NCBI RefSeq assembly: GCF_009914755.1 | Contig: NC_060939.1 | Source of the DNA: the human T2T-CHM13v2.0 reference genome, Homo sapiens | DNA length: 64,000 nucleotides | Strand: one strand, 5' to 3' | Shown here: positions 1 to 13,850 of the stretch, in pieces | How positions within the stretch are numbered: the first letter of the stretch is position 1 | Layout: every line of letters begins with the position of its first letter | Notes under the pieces: model-generated | Seen by the model: the letters and a program-made list of their open reading frames with translations, nothing else | Told to the model about the DNA's origin: nothing | Databases searched by the model: none | Position numbers and translations under genes: made by a program

Positions 1-1207
1 TAACAAAAATAATAACAACCCCTCATCTATGATATTGCAGCCTGGCACCATTTAACTTAATTTTACTGCATATAAATAGCAACCCTATACTCCATGCAAA
101 CTAGAATGGCAGTGCAATTGATGTAGTGAAGAAAGTGACAAATTATTTTCCAAATATAAAGCAAACTTAAGGTTTTATAGGAAAACAAATGGAGGTAAAA
201 ATATTTTTAATCTTTATTTTTCTGATAATTTTGTTCTGCTCTTATAAATAGAAACCTCCACTTTCTTTATTTTATAATATAGTGAGTTTATCAGCCACAT
301 GTATGAAAATTGTATAGTAAGAGTAGGTATGTGTCCACTTGGTTGGTTTATTCGACTTATACACATCATTTACTTTATCTCGAATGGTTATTTTTTAAGC
401 CTTGGTTTTGGTACAACATGTAAAGGCGTCAGTCTTTGTACAATATTAAATCTTCATTCAAGTAACTTTTCTTTGTGTCTTTGCCTTTGTTTCTGCGTTG
501 CTCCTGTACTTCTGTGAACCATATTTCAGTGAGTAATGATGACAATAGCAGTCCAGCCTGCATGGATGCTGACATGGATGCTGTCTCCCATTCTTACCAC
601 TGGATGTCAAGAAATGCTAGATGCGATCCAGCCAGTCTGTACTCGACTCTCAGTTCCATCTTCTCAACTCACAGTGTCTTCCAAAGTCCATGCCACACCA
701 CAGCCTGGAAGATCTCCCAAGGTGGTATCTTGAGGCAATGGTAGAGCTCATGTCACAGTATTGTATGCCTCAGGTATCACTGTCCTTCACTCTTTGATAT
801 AATCTCTCTACAAACCATTGTTCCATACACTTTGCCCCTTTTGTGTTTGTTTATACATGTGGTATGGCATGTCTAAACCTCACAGTGAGGATATTAGAAT
901 AGGGTTCTGCATATCTAGAGGTGTGGATCATTGGAAAGCATCTTAGAACCTACCTGCCACATCAGGCCCTGTCTAATCTGTATCAGTTTCTGGGTCTTCA
1001 CTTATTTTTTTGCCCTTGATCTTAGTGAAAAGAACTTGTCAGGTGTTCCATAGGATGTATCACAATATGGATTTGTTATATTTTTTCATAATTTGAGTAA
1101 GATTAAACATTCATTTATACACGTATTTATCTAAAGTAGAAGATAAAAAATATCTGAACAATATATTATTTAGAAATACAAATTTAGAAAATAATAATGA
1201 AGAACGA

Positions 1208-1367
1208 GGCTTGGCACAGTGGCTCATGCCTGTAATCCCAGCAATTTGGGAAGCTCAGGTGGGTGGATCACTTGAGGCCAGGAGTTTGAGCCCAGCCTAA
1301 GTAACATGGCGAAACCCCATCTCTACTAAAAATACAAAAATTAGCCAGGGGTGGTGGTGCATGCCTG
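1208..1367 (+). mobile_element. Alu (AluS-like), 3'-truncated
   Basis: Left monomer, tactaaaaatacaaaaattag linker and the start of the right arm, then an abrupt break into L1 sequence. Confidence 0.95.
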
Positions 1368-2311
1368 AATGTTTCATATATTCTGGATAATAGTCTCCTA
1401 ACAGTTATATGACTTGAGAATATCTTCTTCCGTTATTTCAGTTGTCTTGATGGTGTACTTTGCATCTTAAAAGGTATTGATCCACATGAAGTTCAATGTA
1501 TCTATTTTTTTTTCTGTCACTTGTACTTTTGTGTCACATGTTAGAATCCATTGTTTCACGTAAGGCCATGAAAATCTATTTTTATGTTCTCTTCTGTGGG
1601 ATTTTTAGTTTTAGCTCTTACATTTAGCCACATATTCTATTTTGAGTCAAATACATATATGGTGCAGGAAACAGTTTAACTTGCATGTGGATATCCCTTT
1701 CTCCCAGCAACTTTTGTTGAAAAACTATTTTTTCATCTTGAATTAATTTTTCAACCTTGAAAATAAGTTTGCCCTATATATAAAGATTGATTTGGGGTGC
1801 TCAACTCTATTCTGTTGGCTTATATGTCTTTCCTCATGTTATGTGAGTTTTCCATGGATGCTCTTTGTAGATTTAGAAAGTTTTCTTCTATGCCTAATTT
1901 TCCCAGAGCTTTTATCATGAATGGGTTTGGAATTTGTCAAATGCCTATTCTGTGTCTTTAGAGGTGACCATGAGTCTTTTTAAAAAATTCTATTAGTATA
2001 TTTTATAACACCAGTTGTTTTTGTATGTTTAACCAGACTTACATTGCAGGGATAAATAGTTTTGCTCCTAGTGTATACTCCTTTTTATATGTTACTAGTT
2101 AATTTTGATAATATTTCCTTGATACTTTTTACCTGTTTCACATTGGTCTGTAATTTTCTTTTCTTGAAATGTCTTTGTCTAGCTGTGGTGTCAGGGAACA
2201 CTGGCTTCATACATTGCATTAGGAAAGGTTCTTTACTAGTCTGTTTTTATTGATTGTTATTAATTCCCAAAAGGCTTTGAATAACTCACCAGTGAAGTCA
2301 TCTTGACCTGG
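1368..2311 (-). mobile_element. Old L1M ORF2-region fragments
   Basis: T-rich antisense L1 motifs such as ttttagctcttacatttag, ttgcatgtggatatcc and accagtgaagtcatcttgacctgg. Confidence 0.8.
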
Positions 2312-2490
2312 ACAGAAATTGAATCCTCCCAAGAATCCCAGGAGCTTGGAAGGGGATCCTTCCCCAGATGAGCCTTCCCTTGAAATCTCTGCCAGGCATC
2401 TGACCCAGAGAAACTGTAAGTACTGTGTAGGGCTGGGTTGGAAAGTCTAAACTATGTAGTAATATATTATACAACAATCGGTCAGTTATA
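2312..2490 (+). mobile_element. MLT1E/F-type MaLR LTR 3' fragment, copy 1 (candidate exon 2368-2415)
   Basis: gagcttggaaggggatccttccccagatgagcc...tgacccagagaaactgt matches the 3' half of MLT1E/F. Confidence 0.8.
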
Positions 2491-2492
2491 TG

Positions 2493-2748
2493 CCTGACAG
2501 TAAATGTAATGTGGTATCTTGGATTAGACCCTAGAACAGAAAAATGACACTAGTGGAAAAGCTGGTAAAATATAAAGAAAATCTTTTCCAGTTAATAGTT
2601 TTGTACCACTGTCAATTTCTGAGTTTTCATAAATATGCTATGGTGATATAAGTTGTTAACATTTCAGGAAGCTGTAGGATATACGAAACTCTATTATCTT
2701 TACTACTTTCTATAAAACTAAAACTATGATAAAATAAAAATATTTCTT
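2493..2748 (+). mobile_element. L1MC/MD-type 3' end (paralogous pieces at about 11809-12057 and 23901-24155)
   Basis: aaatgtaatgtggtatcttggattagaccctagaacagaaaaatgacactagtggaaaa is a typical L1MC/MD 3' UTR motif. Confidence 0.75.
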
Positions 2749-2829
2749 GAAATGTAATATTCAGGTACCAGAAAATAAAACAACAATAACAAAGACAGAT
2801 TTAAACCACAATAAAACCACAGATCAGAG

Positions 2830-3345
2830 GATGAATGGAGATATAGGAGACTATGGCAAAGTAGCTTGCCTTATTATCCCCCATTCCTACACAGGGCACC
2901 TGCTTCAGAAAGACACCATCAAGCTCCAGGGACACTCATCCACTTTCTTCTTTCCCATCACACTTCCCATTACCCAGTTATCAATTGTGTTCATAATCAC
3001 TTTTTCAAGGAAAGACGCCTTTCTCACATATGTTAGAAGGCCCTGTTTTCAGGCACTTTCTGGCAGTGTCTTTGTAGGATCTCACTATAAAGACATTTTA
3101 GAAGATATGACTTCCAGACATTAGAAGAGAAGATTGAGAAACGCCAGTGATGGTGAACATAAATAGTTCTGAATTAAGAGTGTTTTCTTAGTACAGGGAT
3201 TCCTTTTATTCCCCAAGTTTTAAAGGAAAAGGATGCCTTAAGCCTTTGAGAAAACACTGTGATAATTCAGTTTTCTTCGTCATGCACACTCCATAACGAT
3301 TTTATGGGACCAGACATTCTCTTGACACTCACATTATGGATCTAT
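2830..3345 (+). pseudogene. Degenerate class I ERV integrase-core remnant, copy 1
   Basis: Translation HLLQKDTIKL..ITFSRKDAFLT..ILEDMTSRH..ASDGEH resembles the integrase core pattern HLQxDFIQL/TFSGWVEAFPT/LLEEIIPRF/SSDRGTHF. Confidence 0.5.
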
Positions 3346-3357
3346 ATTGTCCTGTGG

Positions 3358-3713
3358 TATATTGATCTGTTCTCATGATGCTAATAAAGACATATCTAAG
3401 ACTGGGTAATTTATAAAAGAAAGAGGTTTAACTGGCTCACAGTTGCACATGGCTGGGGAGGCCTCACAATCATGGCAGAAGGGAAATGAGGAGCAAAGTC
3501 ACATCCTACATAGTGGCAGACAAGAGAACTTGTGCAGGGGAACTCCCATTTATAAAACCATCAAATCTTGTGAGACTTGTTTACTACCATGAGAATAGTA
3601 TGGGGGAAACTGCCCTCATGATTCAGTTTTGTCCACCTGGCCCTGCCATTGACACATGGGGATTATTACAATTGAAGGTGAGATTTGGGTGGAGACACAG
3701 CCAAACCATTTCA
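3358..3713 (-). mobile_element. THE1 (C/D-like) solo LTR
   Basis: gctaataaagacata..gactgggtaatttataaa..gaggcctcacaatcatggcagaagg..gacacagccaaaccat. Confidence 0.92.
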
Positions 3714-5569
3714 AGCGACAAGCCCAAAAGCCACAGAATAACATTATCATGGAAGAAAGTTAACTAGATATGAAGAAAAATTATAATCATGGAGTTGTAG
3801 GTTAATTCCTGCTCAAAAAGATGTGGAAATGAACCTTTAGACATCAGATGTATGAAAGTGAGGCATGTTAGTGATACAGGGTGTGTTGTGCAGAGGTGGA
3901 AATAGCCTAATAGAAAAAAGGAACGAACAGCACAGTACAACATACACCAGCCCACCATGCAGTGATCTAAGAGATGGACACAGGCCGAGTGCTGACTCTT
4001 CAAATGTGCTGGTTAAACAAAGATCCCCACAGCGGGGAGGACTGTCCCCTCTTCCCCAACACAGCTCCCTGTTCACAGGCCACACCACTTTACAGAGGAA
4101 CACCAGGGATCTTCCAGGAACCATGCCCACAAAGCTTACTAAGCCATGGGACTGCATACTACACTCCCAAGGACATCCACAAAGTCAAGACTCTTGCGTT
4201 TTCAGACTGTGATCATGGGCTACATTCTCCATACCATGTTCATATCTACAGTGAAAAAACAAACTCCTGCATCCTGGAGACCTACAATGAGAGACACAGC
4301 TGACCTTGACCATATTTCTTACTTCTCAGAAGACTGTAGCAGTAATTCAGGTGCTATTATTTGGGGCATTTATATTTCAGTAAACCTTCTTACCCCTCTA
4401 ATCTTACAGTTCACCCCATCGGAAAGGATGGTTTCATTTAAATTGGCAATCTTAAGTCATGGGGGTTTGCTCTTTTTCTTTCATTATAACAGGAGTTTCT
4501 ATAAGGTAAGTGACTTGTACAATCCCATTTTCCTCTTCATTTCAATGCATACATGTGGTCTATTATGATGTGTACTGTGAAGATCATCCATGAGTAAATT
4601 CTTCAGCAAAAAAAAAAAAAAGAAGAAAGAAATCCAGTGGCAGGCCATGAAGTAGACAGAAGTAGATGTGTAGAAGGACAGACTCATCTCTAGGTGGCAA
4701 AGGGGGTCAATGAGCTCTGAGTGCTCAGGGTTAAGACTGGAAAAGTGATTACACATAAAACTCTGCTACCATGATGTCCCAGTCACAGAGGACACAGTGC
4801 TGAGCACTCAGCTCCCAAACATTAGCATGATAGCTTGGAAAATATGATTTGTACTGAGTCTGGATTGGCCACCAGAATTCTCAGAAAGATGCCATTGAAA
4901 ACACCTCATCATCTGACCACGTCCTTAGGCAAGAACCCAACTCTGTCTCCACCCTCTAGTCTGAATAGTGAATAAAATTTAAAGGGTGCATGACTCCTAA
5001 ACTTGAGATTAGGGCTTCATGTTCACTGAATTGAGCCCTTGTAGAAGCTGAAACTCTCAGTGCAAATATGCTCAACATTCTAAATTATACGTTATATGAG
5101 TTTCCTCTTCATTCAGTAAACTCTTTAGGGAACACCAAAGCCTGTTTCATTTTCTAAGTATCAGCAAGTGGGGCTGACAAGAGTAACAAGAGGTCAGAGC
5201 AAGGCATTTTGTGAAAACAGCAATGCACAGGCATCTGCAGTCCCTGCTTACAGTGAGATTCACATGACCGTCGTTCATGGGATACGAAGGATAAAAGGGG
5301 AGGGAGGAAAAAAATATGCAGTTGATCTGGATGAAGAATCGGATTTGGAAAGCAACTTAGAATAAACTCTGCTTATATTTCTAAGATTAAATCTCAAGAT
5401 ACAGGATTTTCTGTCTTCAGAGAGTTGCACTCTGCTGCAAACTTTGAAGTAACACTTTACCATTTCTATCTTCCTTCTTATGGGATCTTTGAGCCACAAT
5501 TTATAAAATCACCTCTACATCTCTTGTATTTTTGTTATGTCTAATAATCTCTTGAGGTCTCTCTAGGGA

Positions 5570-5886
5570 CAGTGACTATAAATTATCACCCTGCCCAACA
5601 GGACTCCAGGAAACTGTGTCCTGGATGTTTACAGTGTGCCTTTCATGGGATACTTATTTATCCTGGTGGATACCCCAAAGCATAAGTGTACAATCTTTGA
5701 CCCAGCATCCTTCTCACAGGATATTTGTTTATACTGTCAGACACCCTTGTGGCACTTGTTCGACCTGTGTCCACTCCATTCCCACCAATGTAGCCACTAT
5801 CTAGGAGAGCTCTGAGTTCGAAAAAAGTTGAGCTCACATGTGTTGGTCATGTGAGCCACGGAGGAGGCAACTCAACAAAGCACAGG
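5570..5886. mobile_element. Old ERVL-type LTR (MER54/73/74-like), truncated
   Basis: gtgcctttcatgggatactt..tgtttatactgtcagacacccttgtggc; homologous to 25218-25510. Confidence 0.55.
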
Positions 5887-6324
5887 TATTTCTTGCAGGT
5901 GGGGATCGTTGGGCACCATTGCAGGGTCTAACTGACACGTTAGGTCCTCTCCAATCTGCAAGTTTCATAGTCTTCACTTATTTTTCTTGACCTTGACCCT
6001 TTTGAAATGTACAGGTCAGATATTTTGTAAGATGTCCCACAGTATGGATTTGTCTCATGATTTCTCATGATTAAACTAGGGACATGTATACATTAAACAC
6101 ATGTCATCTAAGTTTGAAGACAAGAAAAACTAAACATTATGGATATTAGAAATATAAACATAGAGATAAATATAACAAACACAAATTAGAGGATAACAAA
6201 TTCACAGTAATAGTTACCTTCAGTGATTAAGGAAGATGATGAAGCTAAGGAGTTCCATTAACAGCTATCAACATATTCCTCATGTTCTATTTTATAAAGT
6301 CAGCAGTGACTTTAAATAAAAAGA

Positions 6325-8290
<1,966 letters not shown>

Positions 8291-8306
8291 ACTTCCCTTC
8301 CCCTAT

Positions 8307-8832
8307 TGTTGCAGGACAGGTAAGCCCCACATTTGGGGCTTCAGCTGGCAGGGTTCTTGGCTTTGCCCAGGAAAGTATTTAAGGGCAAGACAGTGGTGAT
8401 AGACAGCAATCTTTTATTGAACAGTACTGCTCCTTAAAGAGCAGGGCTAACTCATAGGCATCGCATCGGTTGGTAACCTATGGGCTCTTGTCAACTATCT
8501 TTACACTAAGGCAAACTCACTTTCAATTACATGTAAATTGAGGAGTGGATCAATGAAACTTGATGGGCAGGTTATTCAGAACTTTCTAGGAGAGGAGCAG
8601 TAACTTCTGGGTTGTTGCCATGGAAAGAGGTGGTTAAATTCCAGGTTGTTGGCATGGAATTTATAAACAGTCATGGTGCTGGAGGGAATGTCTCATGCCA
8701 GTGAGCAGTGAAGACAACCAGGGATCCCTGTGTGTCTGTTTGCCTGTTTCTTCACTGTATGCTGTCTGGACCAGATCTTGTTTTGATCAGCAGGGTTGTG
8801 ACCAGAAAACCGCCTGCCGGTCTCCTACCTCA
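8307..8832 (-). mobile_element. ERV1 solo LTR (MER66-like)
   Basis: Reverse strand starts tgaggtaggagaccggcagg; duplicated gttgttg(c/g)catgg motif; tg...ca ends. Confidence 0.75.
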
Positions 8833-9019
8833 TAATGGCAAAAGGCATTGAGTGTCTTTTCGTGTGATTTGGGTATGACTGTAGCTTTTTTAGAGAATTG
8901 GGTATTTGAATAATTTCCATTTTTGATTGCGATATTTGCCTTTTTATTTTTGAGCTCTAAGATGTTGTCATATATGGTTAACAATAGACCATTATCACCT
9001 ATAAAATTTGCAAATATTT

Positions 9020-9990
9020 GGTTTTTAATTTAACTTTTAAGTTTCAGGGTAGATGTGCACATTTGTTACATAGGTAAACTTGTGTTATGGTGGTTTGTTG
9101 TAGATTATTTCATCACCAATGTACTAAGCCTAGTACCCATTAGTTATTTTTTCTGATCCTCTCTCGCCTCCCACCCTCCACCCTTCAATAGGCCTCAGTG
9201 TGTGTTGTTCCCCACTGTATGTTTATGTGTTCTCGTCATTTACCTCCGACTTATAAGGGGAAAAATATGGTATTTGGTTTTCTGTTATTGCGTTAGTTTG
9301 GTAAGGATAATAGCCTCCAGCTCCATTCATTTTCCTGTAAAGGACATGATATTCTTTTTTATGGCTGCGTAGTGTTCCGTGCTGTATATGTACCACATTT
9401 TCTTTATGCAGTCCACCATTGATGGGCATTTAGGCTGATTCCATGTTCTTGCTATTGTGAGTAGGGCTGCAATGAACATATGCATGCATGTGCCTTCTTA
9501 ATAGAGCACTTTTTATTTCTTTGGGTATATGCTCAGTAATGGGATTGCTGGGTTACATGATATTTCTGTTTTTAGGTCTTTGTGGAATCTCCACACTGCA
9601 TTAGTTCCACAATGGTTGAACTAATGGAGACATCCACCAATTAGTTAGATGGCTGGTGTTAGATGGTGTCACATTGAGGTTTTGATTTGCATTTCTTTAA
9701 GGATCAGTGAGGTTGAGGTTTTCTCATATGATTGTTAGCTACATATGTATCTTCTGTTGAAAGTGTCTGTTCATGTCCTTTGCCCTCTTTTTTTTAGGGT
9801 TGGTTTTTTTTTTTCTTGAACATTTGTTTCAGTTCCTTATAGATGCTAGATATTAGACCTTGGTCAGACGCATAGGTTGCAAAACTTTTCTCCCATTCTG
9901 TAAGTTGTCTGTATATTCTGTTGATAGTTTTCTTCTGCTGTGCACAAGCTCTTAAGTTTTATTGGATTTAATTTGCCAGTTTTTGCTTTT
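9020..9990 (-). mobile_element. L1PA/PB 3' end
   Basis: ttttaagtttcagggt..tttgttacataggtaaacttgtg..tagtacccattagttatttt..gatgggcatttagg. Confidence 0.9.
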
Positions 9991-11620
9991 GTTTGCAAAT
10001 ATTTAGTCCCATTCTTTGGGCGTCTTTATTTTTGATGGTGTAGCGTGAATCACAAAAGTTTCAAATTCTAATGAGATTTAATATACCTGTTTTTTCTTCT
10101 TCCCTTTTGCTTTCAGCATCATATCTTAGGAAAGATTTTTTAATCTAAGACCACGAAGATGTATTCTTGTGCTATTTTCTGTATTTTGGAATTGTTTAGC
10201 TATTATATGGAGATATATGATCATTCTGAGTCATTTACATTTTCAGTGTGAGGCAGTTCAACTTACACGGAATATGCACTTGTTTCAGAAATATTTGAGT
10301 AAAAATATTTATCCATATATAATTTATTTGGTGACATTATAAAATTATTTCACTAAAAATATAAGTATTCATTTTTGAGCATTATATTCTATTACATTGA
10401 TCAACATCTATATTCTTATACTAGTACCGTAAATCTTGATTACTCTTACTTTGTAGTGAGTTTTGAAGTCAGGAATTATGTATCTCCCATGCCAACATTT
10501 TTTCTTCTTTCTCAAAAGTATTTAGGCTGCTCTGGGTCTATTGCATTATATATGAATTTTAGATAAACTTTGTGAATTTAGAGAAAGGATATGTCACATG
10601 GGATTTTGATAGAGGTTGCATTAAATCTATAGAACCATTTGGAAAATATTGCCAGCCTAACAACAATAACCATTATAAGCAATGAATAGTCAAAGTTTTT
10701 TTTCCATTTATTTTTTATGAAAATATTTTCTATAGTTTTGTGTATATATCTTATACTTAATTTGATAAACTTATTTTTGATGTCATCTTAAATGGAACAT
10801 TCTGAGTTTTTATTTTAGATTGTTAATTGCTAGCATATAGAAATTCAGAGGATTTTATATATTGACCTTATATACTGCAAGTTTGTTGAACTCATTTCTA
10901 AATTCTAAACATACTTGATTAGAGCCCTTTGGAAATTTTATACATAAGATCAGGTCATATGCCAACAGACATAGTTTGACTTCCTTTCCATACTGGACGC
11001 CTTATATTTATTTTTCTAGACTAATTGCCATGTCTATATCCTCCAGTACAATGTTGAAAACAAGTGTCAAGAGTGGAAATCCTTGTCTTGTTTCTAATCT
11101 TGGAGAAGTTAGTGAACCTTTCAGATAACCTATGATGACATGTTAGTTTTTCATGGATCCTCTTTAAAAGGAAGAGAGTTCCCTTATCTGCCTCATTTGC
11201 TGCATATTTTTCTCATAGAGAATTTGAGAATTTTCAAGTGCCTATGCAACTTCTGAGATGATTATGTGGTTTTTTTCTTTATTATATGAATATAGTGCAT
11301 AGCACTAATTGTATTGTATGTTGAACTAAATTTTGCTTTTCTGAGGTAAATACCCTTGACATAGTGTATAATACTTTTTACATGTTTCTGGTTTGTTTTA
11401 CTAATATTTCCTTGATGATTTTTGCCCCTGTATTCATAAGGTATATTGCTCTTCATTTTCCATATTTGAAATGTCTTTGTCTAGTTGTGGTATCAGAGTA
11501 AACTAAATCAGTATACAGTGGGAAATCATGCCTTCTCCACATTATGGGAATAATTTGTAATAAATTAGTATTAATTGTTTAAGTGATTCCAATAATTCAC
11601 TAATGAATTCTTCTTGATGA
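9991..11620 (-). mobile_element. Old L1M ORF2 fragments (unit-shared)
   Basis: tcctccagtacaatgttgaa, agtttgacttcctttcca, gggattttgatagaggttgcattaaatctatag. Confidence 0.8.
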
Positions 11621-11624
11621 GGTC

Positions 11625-11808
11625 AGAGAGGTTAATCCTAAGAACAGTTACATAAGCTTGGAAGGAGACCTTTCCCCAGATGGGCCATAGCCTGGGCCAT
11701 CACCTACATCTGGACTGAAGAACCAGAGAAACTGTGAGTAATATGTGTGTGGTTTTGAACCACTAAGATGTATAGTAATTTGTTATGCACCAAGTCTTAA
11801 GTAATATA
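11625..11808 (+). mobile_element. MLT1E/F-type LTR 3' fragment, copy 2 (candidate exon 11680-11733)
   Basis: agcttggaaggagacctttccccagatg..ccagagaaactgtgagtaa..ttttgaaccactaag..gtaatttgttatgca. Confidence 0.8.
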
Positions 11809-12120
11809 CCTGACAGTAATTGCAATGTGGTATTCTAGATTAGTCTTGGAACAGATGAATATATCATTATTAGAAATTCTGGTAAAATATGAAGGAAGTC
11901 TGTAGATCAATTAATAGTTTTGAAACATAGTGAAATTCTTAGTTTTCATGAATATACTATGGTTATAATAGTAACATTTTAGTTAGCTGAAGGGTATATG
12001 AAACTGTCTGTTCTACCTGTGTATCTTTTTGTAAATCTGCAATTATTTCAAAATAAATTTGTTTGCTAAAATTATTATATTTTTTAAAAGAAAACAAAGA
12101 CATAAAAAAACTGGCTTCCA

Positions 12121-12650
12121 GAGATGAATGGGCACATAGGGAGAGAATAGCAAAGTAGCACTCTTTTTATCTAGTCACCTTTCAAAACCCAGGTGCACCT
12201 GCTTCAAGAGGGCTCCATCAAGCTCCAGGGACTGTCATCCTTTTTCTCCTTCTCCATTACCCAGTCAGCAGTTGGAGTGTCAGCAACCATCTATTCAGAA
12301 AAAGCTGCCTTTCCTTCACATATCCCAGAAAGCCCCATGTGTAGACATCATTTAGCAGTGTATATTCAGGATCCCACTGAAGCATTTTTGGGAGATATGA
12401 CTCTCAGATATTAGAAGCCAGGAATAAGAAATTTCAGTGACAGGGAACATAAATCATATTTCTGCATTCAGGATAATGTTTTCTTGGTACAGGGATTTCT
12501 TCTTCAAGTAATCAAAAGACAACTGTACCTTCAAACCATTCAGAAAAATATGTTCTAATTTAGTTCTTTTCATTCTACAGACTCCATCAGGAATCGTTTG
12601 GGACCGTGGGTTCTGTTGACACTCACATTGTGTAATTATGTTGCCCACTG
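12121..12650 (+). pseudogene. Degenerate class I ERV integrase-core remnant, copy 2
   Basis: HLLQEGSIKL..TIYSEKAAFPS..FLGDMTLRY..FSDRE; paralogous to 2830-3345. Confidence 0.5.
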
Positions 12651-13850
12651 CCAACCCTAAAGCCACCAAGGTAGCAGGTAAGCAGAGTACAACAAATGTT
12701 TCTAATAAATTGGTTTAGGCCAGTCTCTACTTACAGAGACCTGGATATGAATCTTTTACACAACAGAATTTTTGCAGTTGGATGCTAGTGTGTGGAGAAA
12801 GCAGCTGATGAAGTGCTGAGCAATGAGTCCTCAGACAAACTAACTGCATGGAAGATGTGATTTCCCACAATATCTTAAACCAACTGTTCCTTAGAGGCTG
12901 GCCTGGACACCACAATTCTAAAAGAGATGCCATTTAAAAGAAACCAAATTCTAGACCAGATCATGAGGCAGACATCCAACTCTTTGTCTCCACATTCTAA
13001 CCTGATTAGAAGTTGGAGTTCAATGGAAGAATGTCTTGGATATTTGAGAGCATGACTTTATCTTTATTTAATTTAGCCTTGCTGGAATTTAAAACTGTAG
13101 GGCAAAATTCAGTCAACCTCCTAAATTATGTGAGTTTTTGTTTTTGTATGTGAGTTTCTGCATACACATAAAGAAACTCCCATAGTTTAGGAGGTTGACT
13201 GAATTTTGGGTGTACAGAAACTCATACTTTATGTGTTTCTCCTTCAATCAGTATATTCCTGAGGGAAAACCAATACCAATCCTCAAATCCAAGTACCCAA
13301 ATTAGGGTTGAGCAGAGTAGCAAGGGGGCAGATTAAAACATTTTATAAAGACCATTATGCATCTACTTCTGCAGTGACTAATTATCAAGTGATTTCTATG
13401 ATCACCGACCATATGGTTAAAACAGCAAATGGGAATGAAGAAAAAAGAGTTACATAAATGTTATAGCTGAAAGCATGGAATTTATAATGAAGCTTACAAG
13501 GGTCATTGGTCAAATTCCTAAGATTGCAGTGGGAAGTTTCAACTTACAGCTTTTTCTAGGTCTTTAGAAAGCTATCACTCGAGTGAATTTTTCAAGTAAC
13601 TCTTTATAATTTCTATCTTCTTCCTCAATGGATTTCTTAAACCATAGTTCATAAAACTACATTTCCATGCATAACAGAATAATTATAGTATTCCACTAAT
13701 AACTGTAATGTCTCTAATAGCTATGTAGAATGTAAATGCACTTGGTAAACTTACATGATAAGATTTAAGCATGTTTCTTCAATAACAGATAAGAATACAG
13801 TTGATGAGCCATCATAATCTAACACTGAGAAATGGGCAGTCACAGACGAC

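Larger units (their letters stand above)
860..5890 (+). repeat. Ancient tandem duplication unit, copy 1 (internally deleted)
   Basis: Same ordered TE junctions as the other copies: MLT1 end/L1 junction at 920-1060, L1M/MLT1 junction at about 2290-2420, L1 3' end at 2500, integrase-like block at 2830, shared block at 4990-5510, LTR at 5570. Confidence 0.8.

Noticed and set aside
13801-13830. TGATGA...CTGA box C/D-like motifs, also present at about 41896-41922
   Set aside because: Spacing is under 30 nt with no terminal stem; fits a degraded L1 3' UTR motif. No SNORD-like array seen.
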